64,000 bases of DNA from Haliotis rubra. Lineage: Eukaryota. A model generated the notes under the pieces. It was not told the DNA's origin. It was given only the letters and a program-made list of their open reading frames with translations, and did no database searches. Numbering within the stretch: position 1 is the stretch's first letter; every line of letters begins with the position of its first letter. The position numbers and the translations under genes are program-made. The stretch lies in the NCBI RefSeq assembly GCF_003918875.1, contig NW_025767119.1, positions 806,001 to 870,000 of the forward strand. Direction: 5' to 3'. This document shows, piece by piece, positions 1-12,600 of this stretch.

Positions 1-790
1 CAGGAATAGTTAACATCATGGAAGAAGTGTTGATATGAAATCCAAGCCATTCTAACGACTGTGATGGACACCAGAGATTTCTCCACCTTAGGAACGAACC
101 CAGAACTGATCAAATCTAACTTTACTGCTGATCCAAACGAACTTGTTTCATGTTTAGAAGATCCCGCAAGAATTCCATCATCTAAAAATGTTACAATTCT
201 CTTACCCTCGTACCTCCATTTCTTTACAAGTTGTCTAGTGACCTTAGTGAAAACGTAAGGAGCAGATGTAAGCCCAAACGGTAAAACAAAAAAATTGTAA
301 TAATGTACAAATTCAGAATTGTCTTTCCATGAAAACCCGAGAAAGCGAGTATGTGGGGGGAAGATATCAATATGATGATAAGCGGAATGAATGTCGAACT
401 TAATCAACCAGTCTCCTTCGTTGATATAATTTAAAGCACATTTCCAATCTTCGTATTTGACGCTTAGTTTATGCACATAAGAGTTAATTCTATGAAGATC
501 CAGAATCAATCTTTTCTTCCTGGAGGATTGTACCGATACCGAGAGTGGACTGACCACATATGGCGGGGTTGCACATTCACAAATAAGTTGCTTCTTCAAT
601 AGATCGTCAATAGCCTGCGTAACAAAATCACTATGTTTTAATGCTGACTGGTTGTTAGATGTTGACATAGGAGGTGGACAATTGACCAATGGAATCTTGT
701 AACCATGTTGTATAAGATCAATGACAAATTGAGAAGCTTTGATATCTCCAAAATTTAACATTGCTTTTTTGAGACGGCCCTTACAACAAT
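1..790 (-). CDS. Reverse transcriptase of DIRS/Ngaro type (partial, open to the window edge, absent from the ORF track)
   Basis: Manual translation: ...HGYKIPL...VVSPLSVSVQSSRKKRLILDLHRIN...KFDIHSAYHHIDI...FLGFSW...VLPFGLTSAPYVFTKV...VTFLDDGI... Confidence 0.9.
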
Positions 791-949
791 TTCAGACGTG
801 CCTTGTTCATATTCATAATAGTCATCAGTGAGCTTTATAGAACATACATCATCATAACCATCATGAGAGAAATACTCAACTGACAAGTCTTGACCAGCAC
901 TACTGGTTTCCCTGGGTGTTGGAAGTTGACGCTCCGGCTGACAAACTCG

Positions 950-1604
950 AATTAAAGGGACACTCTCCTGAAGTGGCCGAAGTCTCCACGTGAAACATGA
1001 TCCAGGCTTCCCGCTTTTCCCGCGAAAAAGATGGCTAGTGCTAGGCTGGTGAAGCACAGGAGTAGTTTGGTGAAGGACACTTTGCATGGGCTGAGACATC
1101 GTTGCCTGTCTCCGGTTTGACCTACTCGGGTATGGAGCACCTCTTCCACGCTTCTGGCGTAATTTACGCAACGCTTTGTTGTCTGCCCTCGTGATTTTCC
1201 GGTCATCATCGGAATCGTCCGCTAAATCGTTTGCCACGTAATTCCGCACTGTCTCCCACCCACCTTCAGACGAGTCAGCTATTTTGATGAGTTTGTTTCT
1301 TTTAAGGATTCTTTCCAACTCTGACGCTACTAACGTTTCACTTTCCTCAAAACGTTTGCCCTGAATGGCGGCCAACACTTCTTTTTAAGCATCCGCAGTT
1401 TCTTCATTAAAATTGAACTGAATCTTATTACCTTCACGTCGCCAAGTGTAATCTTTTTCTGCTTTCAGCCTCTTAATGTCTTTAGATGTTTGAACGAATT
1501 CTTCCCCTCAAAGCCCCAATCCGTTCGTCGAGGGCCGATTCAAACGTGGCTTTATTTCTCTCTAGTTGTGACAAAATGGCGTCCAATTTTTCGTCAGAAT
1601 TCAT
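950..1604 (-). pseudogene. gag-like ORF1 of the DIRS/Ngaro element, disrupted
   Basis: ATG at 1604; motifs GNKIQFNFN and RNKLIKIADSSEGGWETVRNYVANDLADDSDDDRKITRA. The CCHC knuckle is split by a frameshift (SCFT / GDFGHFRR), and there is an in-frame stop and a frameshift near 1385-1510. Confidence 0.75.
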
Positions 1605-1780
1605 GTTAAATGCTGAAAGGCCGGGAGTGCACTAATCGAGAATGCCAAATTCAAATATCTACACCCTTATATACTCCCATAACACGCCACCTACCGGGCA
1701 GATAACCCATGTGAACACTTCATACCGCTAGGAGAAAATAATTTCCCTCTAATTCATACTTCAAACGATAGAAATAATAT

Positions 1781-3178
1781 TGGACAACACAGGGGAGAGT
1801 GATATGCCACGGTAAGAGTTCGGGTCTTTCTTTGATTTATTCCCACCTTTGTACAGAGGCACCAGGATGCTCTCGCGCCAAGCTGTCGGGATATGTCCGG
1901 ATTCAAGAATGATGTTGTAGAGGGTTGCCAAGTGAAACATCAAGGTTCTGCCACCATACTTTAGGTGTTCGTACACGATCTTGTCAGCACCACCAGCTTT
2001 ATTGTTCTTCAGCTTGGCACAGCACTCAGCGACTTCCAACTCTGTGATTTTCATTGGCTGTGGATCAAGTTCTTCCTTGCATTTAACACGGATCTCCTCA
2101 ACTAGGGATTCTATCTGCTCACAGAAGGAAGAGTTGAAATTGTCTCGGTCTTTGGCAGCATATACATCCTGAAAATGATTAGCCCAAGCATCAAATATAG
2201 CCTCTGGATCACTGTGCACAGCTCCTTGATACAATATCGGGGAAAGTGCTGACTTGTGTCCCCCTCTGATTGACCGCACACAATTCCAGAAGGTCCGGAT
2301 ATCAAGGTCATGGGATTGTTCGAGTTCTTGAAAAGTCTGTGAGATTATGGTTATCACTTGCTTGCCTCATGTGCTTCCTGAAGTCAGATTTTGTTGCCTT
2401 GTATTCTCTGTGGGACGTGTTGTGCAGGCCCACGAGGTTTGCAATCAGCAAAGCCAAACACGACGCTTAGCAGTCATGTGATTATGATAATCATTCACAA
2501 CTTTGTGTTCCAGTATGGTTTCAGGAATGACCTGAATGATTTCATTGGTAGTGTCTCCTGCTGGCATGTAAAATAGTACATATTGTTGCTGAATAATATT
2601 CATCAATATCAGTCAATTCCTACATCCTCCGTGGGAGGTTTAATACTCCACAGCAGATGGGGAAACAGCAAGGTTAATCCTTCAACATGTCCTGACTTCG
2701 CGCTTTTCCCATGAGACAATCCCTCGTCCTCTCGCGTGAGGTGTTGGTAGAGGTGATGGCAGAGACAAGGTGCAGATGACCGGGTTGTGGTCAAACACAT
2801 TGAAGGGGGCATCGTCTAAGATACGGGCACATAAAACATCACTCAGGGTCGTCTCAGGCAACAGATATGGTCAATCATAGTGCGTGGTCCATGCTGATAA
2901 GAGCAGAAGGTCCAAGTTGGACCTGAAGAGAGATCCAGAGTGTTCACTGAAGTAAGGCCTGACCTTTGAATTGTCTCGTTCATTCTTCTTGATCGGACAT
3001 CTTCTGTGAATCTGTAATAAGCACATTTGACTTTTGTATTGAGATCCCCCATGATAATTACTTCACCAAGTTCTGAGTAGGCAGCATATATGTCATCGAC
3101 AATGTCAAGGCAAGTAAAGAACAACTCATTTGGTCTAGTCACAGCCGGTAAGTACACATTAAATATGTACAAAGGTCT
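1781..3178 (-). mobile_element. Non-LTR retrotransposon (LINE, RTE-X-like) ORF2 fragment: AP endonuclease plus start of RT
   Basis: ORF 2843-3172 has NVYLP, MGDLN, TMIDHI (endonuclease). ORF 1761-2357 has KAGGADKIVYEHLKYGG and PLYKG..DPNSYRGISL (RT N-terminus). Frameshifted and truncated at both ends. Confidence 0.85.
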
Positions 3179-3179
3179 G

Positions 3180-3471
3180 CATCTATCTCTGTCTCTCTGT
3201 CTATGTCTCTCTCTCTCTCTCTGTCCATCTCTCTCTCTGGCTCACTGTCTCTCTCTGTCTCTTTCTCTCTCTCTTTCTGTTTACCCCTCCTCTCTATCTG
3301 CCCTCTCTATCTGCATGCCACTGCCCTCTCTCTCTGTCTCTCTCTCTGTCTGTCTCTCTGTCTGTCTCTCTGTCTGTCTTTCTGTCACACATCGTGTCTA
3401 TGTCTCTCTATCTCTGTCTCTCTCTCTCTCTCACACACACTCTCCCTCTCTCTCTCTCGCTCTCTCTCTCT
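3180..3471. repeat. (CT)n/(CTGT)n microsatellite
   Basis: Visible directly; a short (GT)n follows at ~3560-3578. Confidence 0.95.
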
Positions 3472-3637
3472 GAGGGCTGAACCGTACACTGGACGAGGTT
3501 TTTGGGTTTAACGTCCAAGTGCAAGTGCTTTCGAGTACACTTTTTAGGAAATGTGCTTAGTGTGTGTGTGTGTGTGTGCGCGTGGGTATTTCAGTGTGTG
3601 CTTGTTTTTTTTTAGTGCGGGGATGGGTATGGGTGTT

Positions 3638-6600
3638 AGCCCTACACCCAGGTCTATATGTCCCATGTAGTCCTAGCCTTCCCCTTGATCTACCAAGGCA
3701 TACAGCCAGGTCTATATGCCCCAACTTCCACTACACCTTCCCCCTGACTGTCCTTACATGTCCAACGTAGTCCTACATCTTCCAGTTGATCGCTCGAGCC
3801 CTACACTCAGATCTATATGTCCCATCTGGTCCTACACCTTCCCCTTGATCGCCCCAACCCTACACCCAGGTCTATATGTCCCATGTAGTCTTACATCTTT
3901 CCCTTGATCTACCCAGCCCTACGGCCTGGTGTATATGTCTCATAGAGTTCTACAACCTTCCTCAAGATCGACCCAGATTTAAACCAAGGTCTATTTGTCC
4001 TATGCATTTCCACACCTTCCCCTTCATCGACCCAGCCCTACACCCAGATCTATATGTCCCATGTAGTCCCACAAGGTCCCCTTTATCTACCCAGTCCTAC
4101 ACCCAGATCTATATATACAATGTAGTCCTACCCCTTCCTCTTGATCTACCCAGCAATACATCCAGTTCTATATGTCACATGTAGTCCTACACCTTCCCCT
4201 TGATCGACCCAGCCCTACACCCAAGTCTATATATCCCATAGAGTCCACTTGACCGACCAAGATATAGACCAATGTTCATATGTCCTATGTATTCCCACAT
4301 CTTCACATTTGATGTACCCAGCCCTACACCCAGGTCTGTATGTCTCACGTAGCCCCACACCTTCCAATTCATCGACCAAGGCCTACACTCAGATCTGTAT
4401 GTGCAGTGTAGTCCTACACCTTCCCCATGTTCGATCCAGCTTTACACCCAGGTCTACATGTCCCATGTAGTCCTACACGTTCCCCTTGATCGACCGAGCC
4501 GTACACCCAGGTCTATATCTTTCATGTAGTGCTACATTCTCCCCTTGTTCGACACAGGGATTCACCAAGCTCTATGAGTCCTATGTAGTCCTACACCTTC
4601 CCCTTGATCTACCCATCCCTACACTCAGGTCTATATGTACCAGGTACTCCCACATCTTCCCCTTGATCGACCCAGCCCTATACCGAGGTCTATATCACCC
4701 ATGTTGTCCTACACCTTCCCCTTGATCGACCCAGCCCTATACCGAGGTCTATATCACTGCCCATGTAGGCCTACACCTTCCCCTTATTGGCCCATTATAT
4801 ATAAATGTAGTCCCTCCCTTCCATTTGATCCATTCCAGCTCTACTGTCCCTTCCCCTCCATTAGTTATTCCTTCCATTCCTTCCACTGTCCGACCCAGCC
4901 CCGTCCTTCCGTGGTCCACCTTCCTTGTCCATTCCATATTTCCTTCATTCCTTCTCCTTGTTCCTTCTTCATTGGTCCCTTCCATCCACATTCCATTCTA
5001 TGGTCCATGGTCCACTGTCATTATCCCTTCCATGCTGTCCTTCCAGTCCTTCCATATTCTACCATGTCCATTCCACCATATTCCTTCCATGATCCACAAG
5101 CCACATTCCATTCCATCTACCTTCCTTCACTCCATTCCATATATCCCCATGTAGTCCACCTTCCCTTGGTCTACCCAGTCCTTCATTCCATGTAGTCCCT
5201 TCCCACTCCAGTCCAGTTTATTTCCTATGGTCCCTACCACTTCCCATTGTGCCACCCAGGTCTATTTGGCCATGTAGTTACATCTTCCCTGGTCGATATT
5301 TCCATGTATTTTCACTTTCCATTGTCCTTGGGCACCCCAGATCCATGCCGGTCCACATCTTCCCCTGGATCGACCCAGCCATACCAAGTCTATATGTCCA
5401 TGTGGTCCTTCCATGTCCATTGGCCGTTCCTGTTCCATGCTGGTCCATTCTCCATGTTCTATGTGTCTGTGTGGTCCTTCCTTGAGTCTTCATCCACCCC
5501 ACGTCTATGTGCTTCTCCATCTTCCTTGGTCCGGCCATGCAGGGTCCTCCATCTTGTCTATTCCATGTTCCTTGTGTCCTTCCGTCGTGGCCATGTTCCA
5601 TTCCATTCCTTCTGTCCCATGTGGTCCACTGGTCCACCTTCCAGTCAGGTCCTGTGTCGTCCACCGTCGTGGTCCTGTCCATGTAGTCCGGCCAGGTCGG
5701 TCCTGTCCATGTGTAGTCCATGCTGGTCCGGCCACTGGTCCACCGGTCGGGTCTGTGTGTGGTCCATGTGGTCAGTCGGTCTGGTTGTCGGTATTTCTGT
5801 GTCTTTTCTCCACACCTGTCATTGTGTCCATTCGGTCTGTCAATGGTCCACCTTGGTGTGGGTCCTTGGTCCGTATGTCCACGATGTGGTCCACGCTGTC
5901 CTTGGTCCTTGGCTGGGTCTGTGTGTCTGGTCTGGTCCGGTCCATGGATTGGGTCCGTTCTCCTTTCCGTTTGGTCCGTATTTGGGTCCTTGTCGGTCGG
6001 GTCCGTTGATCGATGATGGGTCTGTCCATATGGTCCTTTCCTTCATCGGCCTTGGGTCTGTGGCCACATGTGGTTCTTCTCATGTGGTCGGTCCTTCCTG
6101 GGTCTATGGTCCTTTCCTTGTCGGCCCGGCCACTCGTCTATGTCCTGGGTGGGTCCGTGATCTACTTGGTCCACTGGGTCTATGTGTTCCATCGGCCGGC
6201 CGGTCTATGTCCATATGGTCCTTTCCTTCGTCCGGTCGTTCCATGCCGCTGTGATCTATTCCACGGGTCTGTCGATTGGCCCGTTTTCCATGCCGTTGTT
6301 CCACCGTTGTAGTTCCATGTGTCCTTCCGATTGGTCCTTCATATTTCTTCACTGTCCGTATTCCGGGTCGTGTGTTCTCCATTGTGTCCATCCTTCCATA
6401 TTTCATGCTGGTCCTTCCTTGGCTGTGCGTCTGTCCATAGTCCTTCCGTGTCGCTGTTCCGGCTCTTCCGTTATGTGTCCCTTTCCTTCCTTGTTGGTCG
6501 GCCAGCCACCGGTCCTTGTCTTCAATGTGCCTTCATTTGTTCGGCCACCGGGTCCTTCCTTGTCGGCCAGGTCTGTGCGTGTCCATCCGTTATCCATGGT

Positions 6601-9600
6601 CTGTATTTGGTCTATCCATCCGGTATTATTCGTGGGTCCGTATGTCCATCCTTGGTCCAGTCGTCCGTGGGTCTGTCGTGTTGTGGTGTCGCCAGTTCGT
6701 TCCGGGTTATCCGTTTGGTCCATGTCCAGTCGGCCAGGTTTATCCGGCCAGTCGTGCCGGTCGGCCAGCCCGTTTATCCGGCCGTCTTGATTGTACGGGT
6801 TCGTTCGGCTCTTCCTGGGTCATGTCCATCTTCGTCGACCCCGGCCACGTTTATATCTTTATTCTTCACCTTCCACCCCGTTCGACCCGATTTACTACCC
6901 CCAGGTCTACGTATTGGTCCCCTTCCATATTCTTCCCTTTCCTATCCAGATCCATATGTCTATATTCTCCTTCCATTCCATTCCTTCCATCCATTCCTTC
7001 CATTCCTGTCCATGTCCTTCTTCCTTTAGTCCTTTCCTTTGTCAAGTCTCTGTCCATAAGTCCACCCCATCCATCCACTCAGGTCTTTTATGTCCAGTCC
7101 CTACCATCCATTCACTACCCATTATGTGTCCTTGTCCTTCCCATGTCCATTATGTCCATTCCTATGTGGTCACCTTCCTTATTTATTTTGTTACAAGGTC
7201 CTATGTTCCTCTGTGTCCACCTTCCACTGTTCCATTCCCTACCATACCCACCAGGTCTGAATGTCCATGTCAGTCCACCTCTTCCTTGGTCACCAGATTT
7301 TGGGTCTATCCTTATGTCTATGTGTTCTCACCTTCCCGGTCTTTGGGTCTATATGTCCATGTGGTCCACCTTTCCATGGTCGTGTCCTTGGGTTATATGT
7401 TTCTTCATCTTCCTTGTTCCGTTCTGTGGGTCCTGTATGGTCCAGTCTGTATACCTGCTGGGTTATATGTGTGGTCCTTGGTCGGTCCATTGGCTATTCC
7501 TCCGGGTTGTCCTGGGGTCCACTGTGTTCTTGGGTTCGTGTGTCTTCTGTGTGTCCTGTCTTGGTCATTGTCTGTGTTTGTGGGTCCACATGTCCCGTGG
7601 TCCACTTCCATAAGACTATTTTGTGTGTGTGTGTGGTTCTTCCTGATCTGTCCAGGTTGGGTCCTGTGTGTCTGTGTTCTCCATATTTGGTCGTGTGTCC
7701 GGGTCTGGGTCTATGGTCCATGTGGTCGGCCACTCCATCCAAGTCCTGGGTCCACCTCCATGTCCACTCCAGGTCTTTATATGCATCCAGTCCCATCCAC
7801 TGTTCCACCCCAGGTGTGTGTGTCCCTATATGTCCTTGATCGGCCATGTTCAGGTTGGTTGTCCTGTGGTCTGTTCTCTGGTCCATGTGCCACTGGGTCC
7901 TGAATGTCCATGTGGTCCATGCCTCTTCCTTCCTGGGTGTTTGGGTCCTCCATGTGTGTCCATGTGTTTTCCGGTCCTTCCGGTCTGTGTGTGTGGTCCT
8001 TGGTCCTTCCTGGGTCGTTCCTTGGGCCAGCCACGTGTGTAAGACACGTATGGTCCTTTCCTGTGTATCCAGATTCCGGGTCTATATGTCTCCACTGTCC
8101 GGTCTGGGTCCTGGTCCATGTGGTCCTTGGTCGGTCCTGTGTGTGGGGTCGCCTGTCCATCCGGTCCATGGGTTGGGTTGTGGTCTGTGTTCTGTTCCGG
8201 GTCGTTCCTGTTGGTCATGTGTGTCCCAGTCTGTGTCGTGTCGGTGGTCTGGGTCTGTCCATGTGGGCCGGTGTTCGGTCCTCCTTTGGTCGGCCATCCA
8301 TCTTCCTTGTTCCGGCCAGTCGGCCTGGTCGTCCGGCCTCCGGGTTTGTCCGGTGTGTGGTCCGGTCGATGGATTCGTTCGATATGGTTGTCTTCCCTTG
8401 TTCGATTGGCTCTTCCCTTGGGTCTATGTCCTATATGCTCCTACGTCTTCCCCTTGATCGATGACCCTGGGTTTATCATCTTCAATTATTGCTGCTACAC
8501 CTTCCTTGTTCGATTGATTACCCAGGTCTACATGTCCCAAATTGGTCCTACTTCCCCGTTCATAGTTGACCCTACACCCACATTGGACTAGTTCAAGGAA
8601 CCCTTTCCCTGATCTATCCAGTTGCATTGGTCTATAATCCTATGTATTCTCCACACCTTCCCTTTGATCGATGGCTTCGTGGGTCACCCAAACATTGCAC
8701 ACAGGTCTATAGTCCCATGGTCATTTTTAACTTCCCTTTGGTCGACCCTAGCTCGATCAAGTCTATAACCATTCCCCATGGAGTCCCTACCTTCCCCTCA
8801 ATCCAGCCCATCCACTCAAGGTCTTTTATGTACATCGGTCTACACCCTTGAACGTTGGCGCTTGCCGGTCAGCGTGCCAATCTTTCCCCTTGATCGAACC
8901 AGGCCCTGTATGACTTATGTAGTTTCTCACACCTTTGCATTTGATCTATCCTTTATTCATACGTTTCAGGTCTATATGTCCCATGTAGTCCTGCACATTC
9001 CCCTCTTCATCGACCCAGCCCTACACCCAATTTCATGTCCATGAGCATCCAGTCTCCACACATTCCCCTTTGATCGACCCAGATTTATATTCAGGTCAAT
9101 ATGTCCTATGTATTATAACACCTTCCAGATTTCTACATCCAGCATTCACACTCAGGTCTTGTATGTCCCATAGTAGTCCTACACCTTCCCTTTGAGTCCA
9201 TCCAGCCCTATACCAAGTCTATTTCGATTCCCATGTAGTCCCACACCTTCCCCTTGATCGATCCAGCCCTCACACCCAGGTCTATATGTCAATGTAGTGC
9301 TACACCTCTTCGCCTTGATCTGCCATATGTGCATGTAGGGTCTGTCTGCCATGTCCATGTGTAATCACGCAGCTTCCTGATCACCTACCTGCTCCCAGGT
9401 CTATATGACACATATGTATTTCTCACAGCCTTCCCATTTGATCTATCCAACCCTACACCCAGTGTCCATATGTCGCATGTAGTCACATGCATCCTGCCCT
9501 TGATCGACCCAGCCCTATACCCAGGTCTGTAATCTTGACCTATGTAGTCACCACACCTACCCCTTGGATTCACCCTGCCTCACACCCAGGTCTATATGTT

Positions 9601-12600
9601 GCATGTAGTCACAAATGCCCTGCCTGCTTGACTGACCCTCTGCCCTGGAGTCGGGACCCAGCCCTATTCTCAGGTTTATCTGACCTATGTAGTCCTATAC
9701 CTACCTCCCTTGATCGACCCAGCCCTGGCTACACCCAGGTGTGTGTATATAATTCACAGTAGTGCTACATCTTCCCTGCCTCATCCAGCTTCACCCAGGT
9801 CTATGTGTCCTATATACTCCCAAGCATCTTTCCCCTAGATCGACTCCAGCCCCCGCCGCTTGTGTTTATATCTTTCAATGTACTGCTACACCTTCCACTT
9901 GTTCGACCTTATTGATACACCCAGGTCTACATGTCCCAAGTAGTCCTACACTTCCCGTTCATAGACCCAGCCCTACACCCACGTGTAAGACGCATGTAGT
10001 TCGAACCCTTTCCTGGATCTATCCGGGATTTACACCCAGGTCTATAATGTCCTATGTATTCTCACACCTTCCCATTGGATCGACCCAGCCCTACATCCAG
10101 GTCTACCCAAACGTACACACAGGTTCATAGTCCCATCATAGTCGTACAACTTCTCGCTTTGGTCGACCCCTAGCTCTCGACATCCAAGTCCTATGTAATG
10201 TCCCATGAAGTCTCACACCTTCCCCTCAATCAACCCATCCCTACACTCGTGTCTTTATGTCACATCCCAGTCCTACACCATCCCCTTTGATTGACCCAAA
10301 GGCTTCACCCAGGTGTGTATGTGTCCTATGCAATCTTACACCTTCCCCCTTGATCGACCCAGCCGTAAACCAAGGTTGATTTGTCCCATGTAGTGCTACA
10401 CCTTCCCCTTATTCGACCCTGTGTTACACCCCTGGTCTATATGTATCTTTCTCTGTAGTCCCACACCTTCCCTTGTTCGACCTATGCCATACCTGCAGGT
10501 CCCTGAATGTCCCCATGTGAGTCCCACACCTCTTTCCTTTGATCTACGCAGATTTTACACCCAGGTTCATCTATATGCTCCCATGTACCTTCTCACACCT
10601 TCCCACTTGATCTAACCCACCACTACACCCAGGTCTATATGTCCCATGTAGTCTTACCACGGTCCCCTTGGTGACCAACCTACACGGGTCTAAATTTTAA
10701 TGTGGTCTGAAGCCTTCCCGTTGATCGGCTGACCACACCCGGGTCTGTATGGTCCACACCTCTTCCTTGATCTGCATGGTTGCAGGTCTGTCATGTGTCC
10801 TATGTGTTCTCACACCTTCCCGTTTGATCACCACTGCCGGGTCTATGTAATACATGTGGTCCTGCACGCTGGTGTGTCCACCCGGGTATGTATGTTTTGT
10901 GGTGCTACATCTGCCCCCTTGTTTCCCAGGCCCATGACCGGGTCTGTATGTCCTATGCTTGGGTCCTGCACCTGCCTTGGTCGCCCAGCCCTATGCCCGG
11001 GTCTGTGCGTAGTCTGAAACCCTGCCCTTGTTTCGACCCTGCTTGTAGTCGGCCAGCCCTGTTCTCCGGGTTTATCGATACTATGGCAGTCCTATACCCT
11101 GCCTTCGGTCATTGGCCTACACCCGGATTATGTGTATAGTTCATGTGGTGCTACACCTTCCCACTTGTTCGACCCATTTACTGCACCCGGGTCTGCATGT
11201 CCCAAAGTGAATACGCTTCCCGTTCATGAATGACCCACCACTTACATTATTGTGTAAGACGCATGTAGTTCGAACCCTTTCCTGATCTGTCAGATTTTTT
11301 GAGTCTATGTAATACCATTCCTTCCCTTTTGATCGACCCAGCCCTGCATCCCGGGTCTGCAAACGTACACAGTTGCGGGTCCATGTGGTCGTACAACTTC
11401 CGCTTTTGGTCTGACCTAGCTCGACATCAAGGTTATGAGGTCCCATGAGGATCCTGCACCTTCCTCAATCAGCCCATCCTACCTCGGTCTTTATGTCACA
11501 TCAGTCCACCGCGTCCCTTGGTCGGTAGCGCTTCACCAGATTGTGTCTGTAATCTTGCAACTACCTTGATCGACCCGGCCGTAAACTAAGGTTGATTTGT
11601 CTATGTGGTGCCACTTGTATTCCCCTTATTCGACCCTGCGTTGCACCAGGGTCTATATGTTCTCGGTCCTACGCCTTCCCTTGATCTGCCATTACCCGGG
11701 TCTAAATGTCAAATGTGTGGTCACGCCAGTCGATGGTATCTATGTGTCTATGTGGTTCACCTTCCTTTATCGACTGCCATTACAGTCAGGTCCGGCAAAT
11801 TGCACAAGGTCTATTTGTCCCTTGGTCCCTTATGACCCAACTACAGCCAGATTTTATATTGGCGATAGTCCCTGCGCTTTCCCCATGATCGACCAAACTA
11901 CACCTAGATCTGTGTAATGCAGTCCTTCACCTTCCCTTTGTCGATCGGCCTACCGCCAGGTCATATGTTCATGCTTGGTCCACGCCCCTTCAATCTACCA
12001 CTCACCGGGTCTGTATGTCCGTGGTGCTGCACCTTCTGCTTGTATTGATTCTGCATTTCCTTGATCATTACCGCCCACCTCAGGTCTATATGACATATGT
12101 ATTCTCATACCTTCCCGGTGATCTATCCAGCCCACCCAGGTCTATATCGCGTAGTCCACACCTACCGATCGACTAATATACCAGGTTTATCTGACCCTGT
12201 AATTACCACTTGCCAATCACCCTGCCTTCAGGTCGTCGTGATTACAACTTCCTTATTGATCGACCGAGCCTACACCCAGGTCATATAATTCGTAAACAGT
12301 GCACGTATATCAGATCGCCAGCTTTATGATCAACTGATTTAGGTTTATCTATGTCCTATGTATTTCACACCTTCCCATTTTGATCTAACCCACCCACCAC
12401 CCAGGTCTATATGTCCCATGTAGTCCCACCACGCTATATCGACCCATGATCTACACCGGGTATATATGTTTTCTTTATGCTTGGTGCCATCTTCCTTGTT
12501 CGACCCTGCTTCAACCAGGTCTGCCGTAATCCTATGTGGTCATACACCTTGCCAGTCGACCATACACCCAGGTCTATATGTCCCATGTAGTCCTGCACAT

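Larger units (their letters stand above)
1..1780 (-). mobile_element. DIRS/Ngaro-type (tyrosine-recombinase) retrotransposon, 5' part; continues beyond the window start
   Basis: A gag-like ORF is followed directly by an RT with no protease between them. The 5' non-coding end (~1605-1780) contains TATATAA on the minus strand and abuts and truncates the LINE ORF at ~1781. The recombinase is not in the window. Confidence 0.8.

Noticed and set aside
3090-3511. Leu/Ser-rich ORFs
   Set aside because: Translation of the (CT)n microsatellite.
4635-8627. Long ORFs of 200-370 aa on both strands
   Set aside because: They overlap in all frames, are low complexity and have no motifs; A-depletion in degenerate satellite removes the stop codons.
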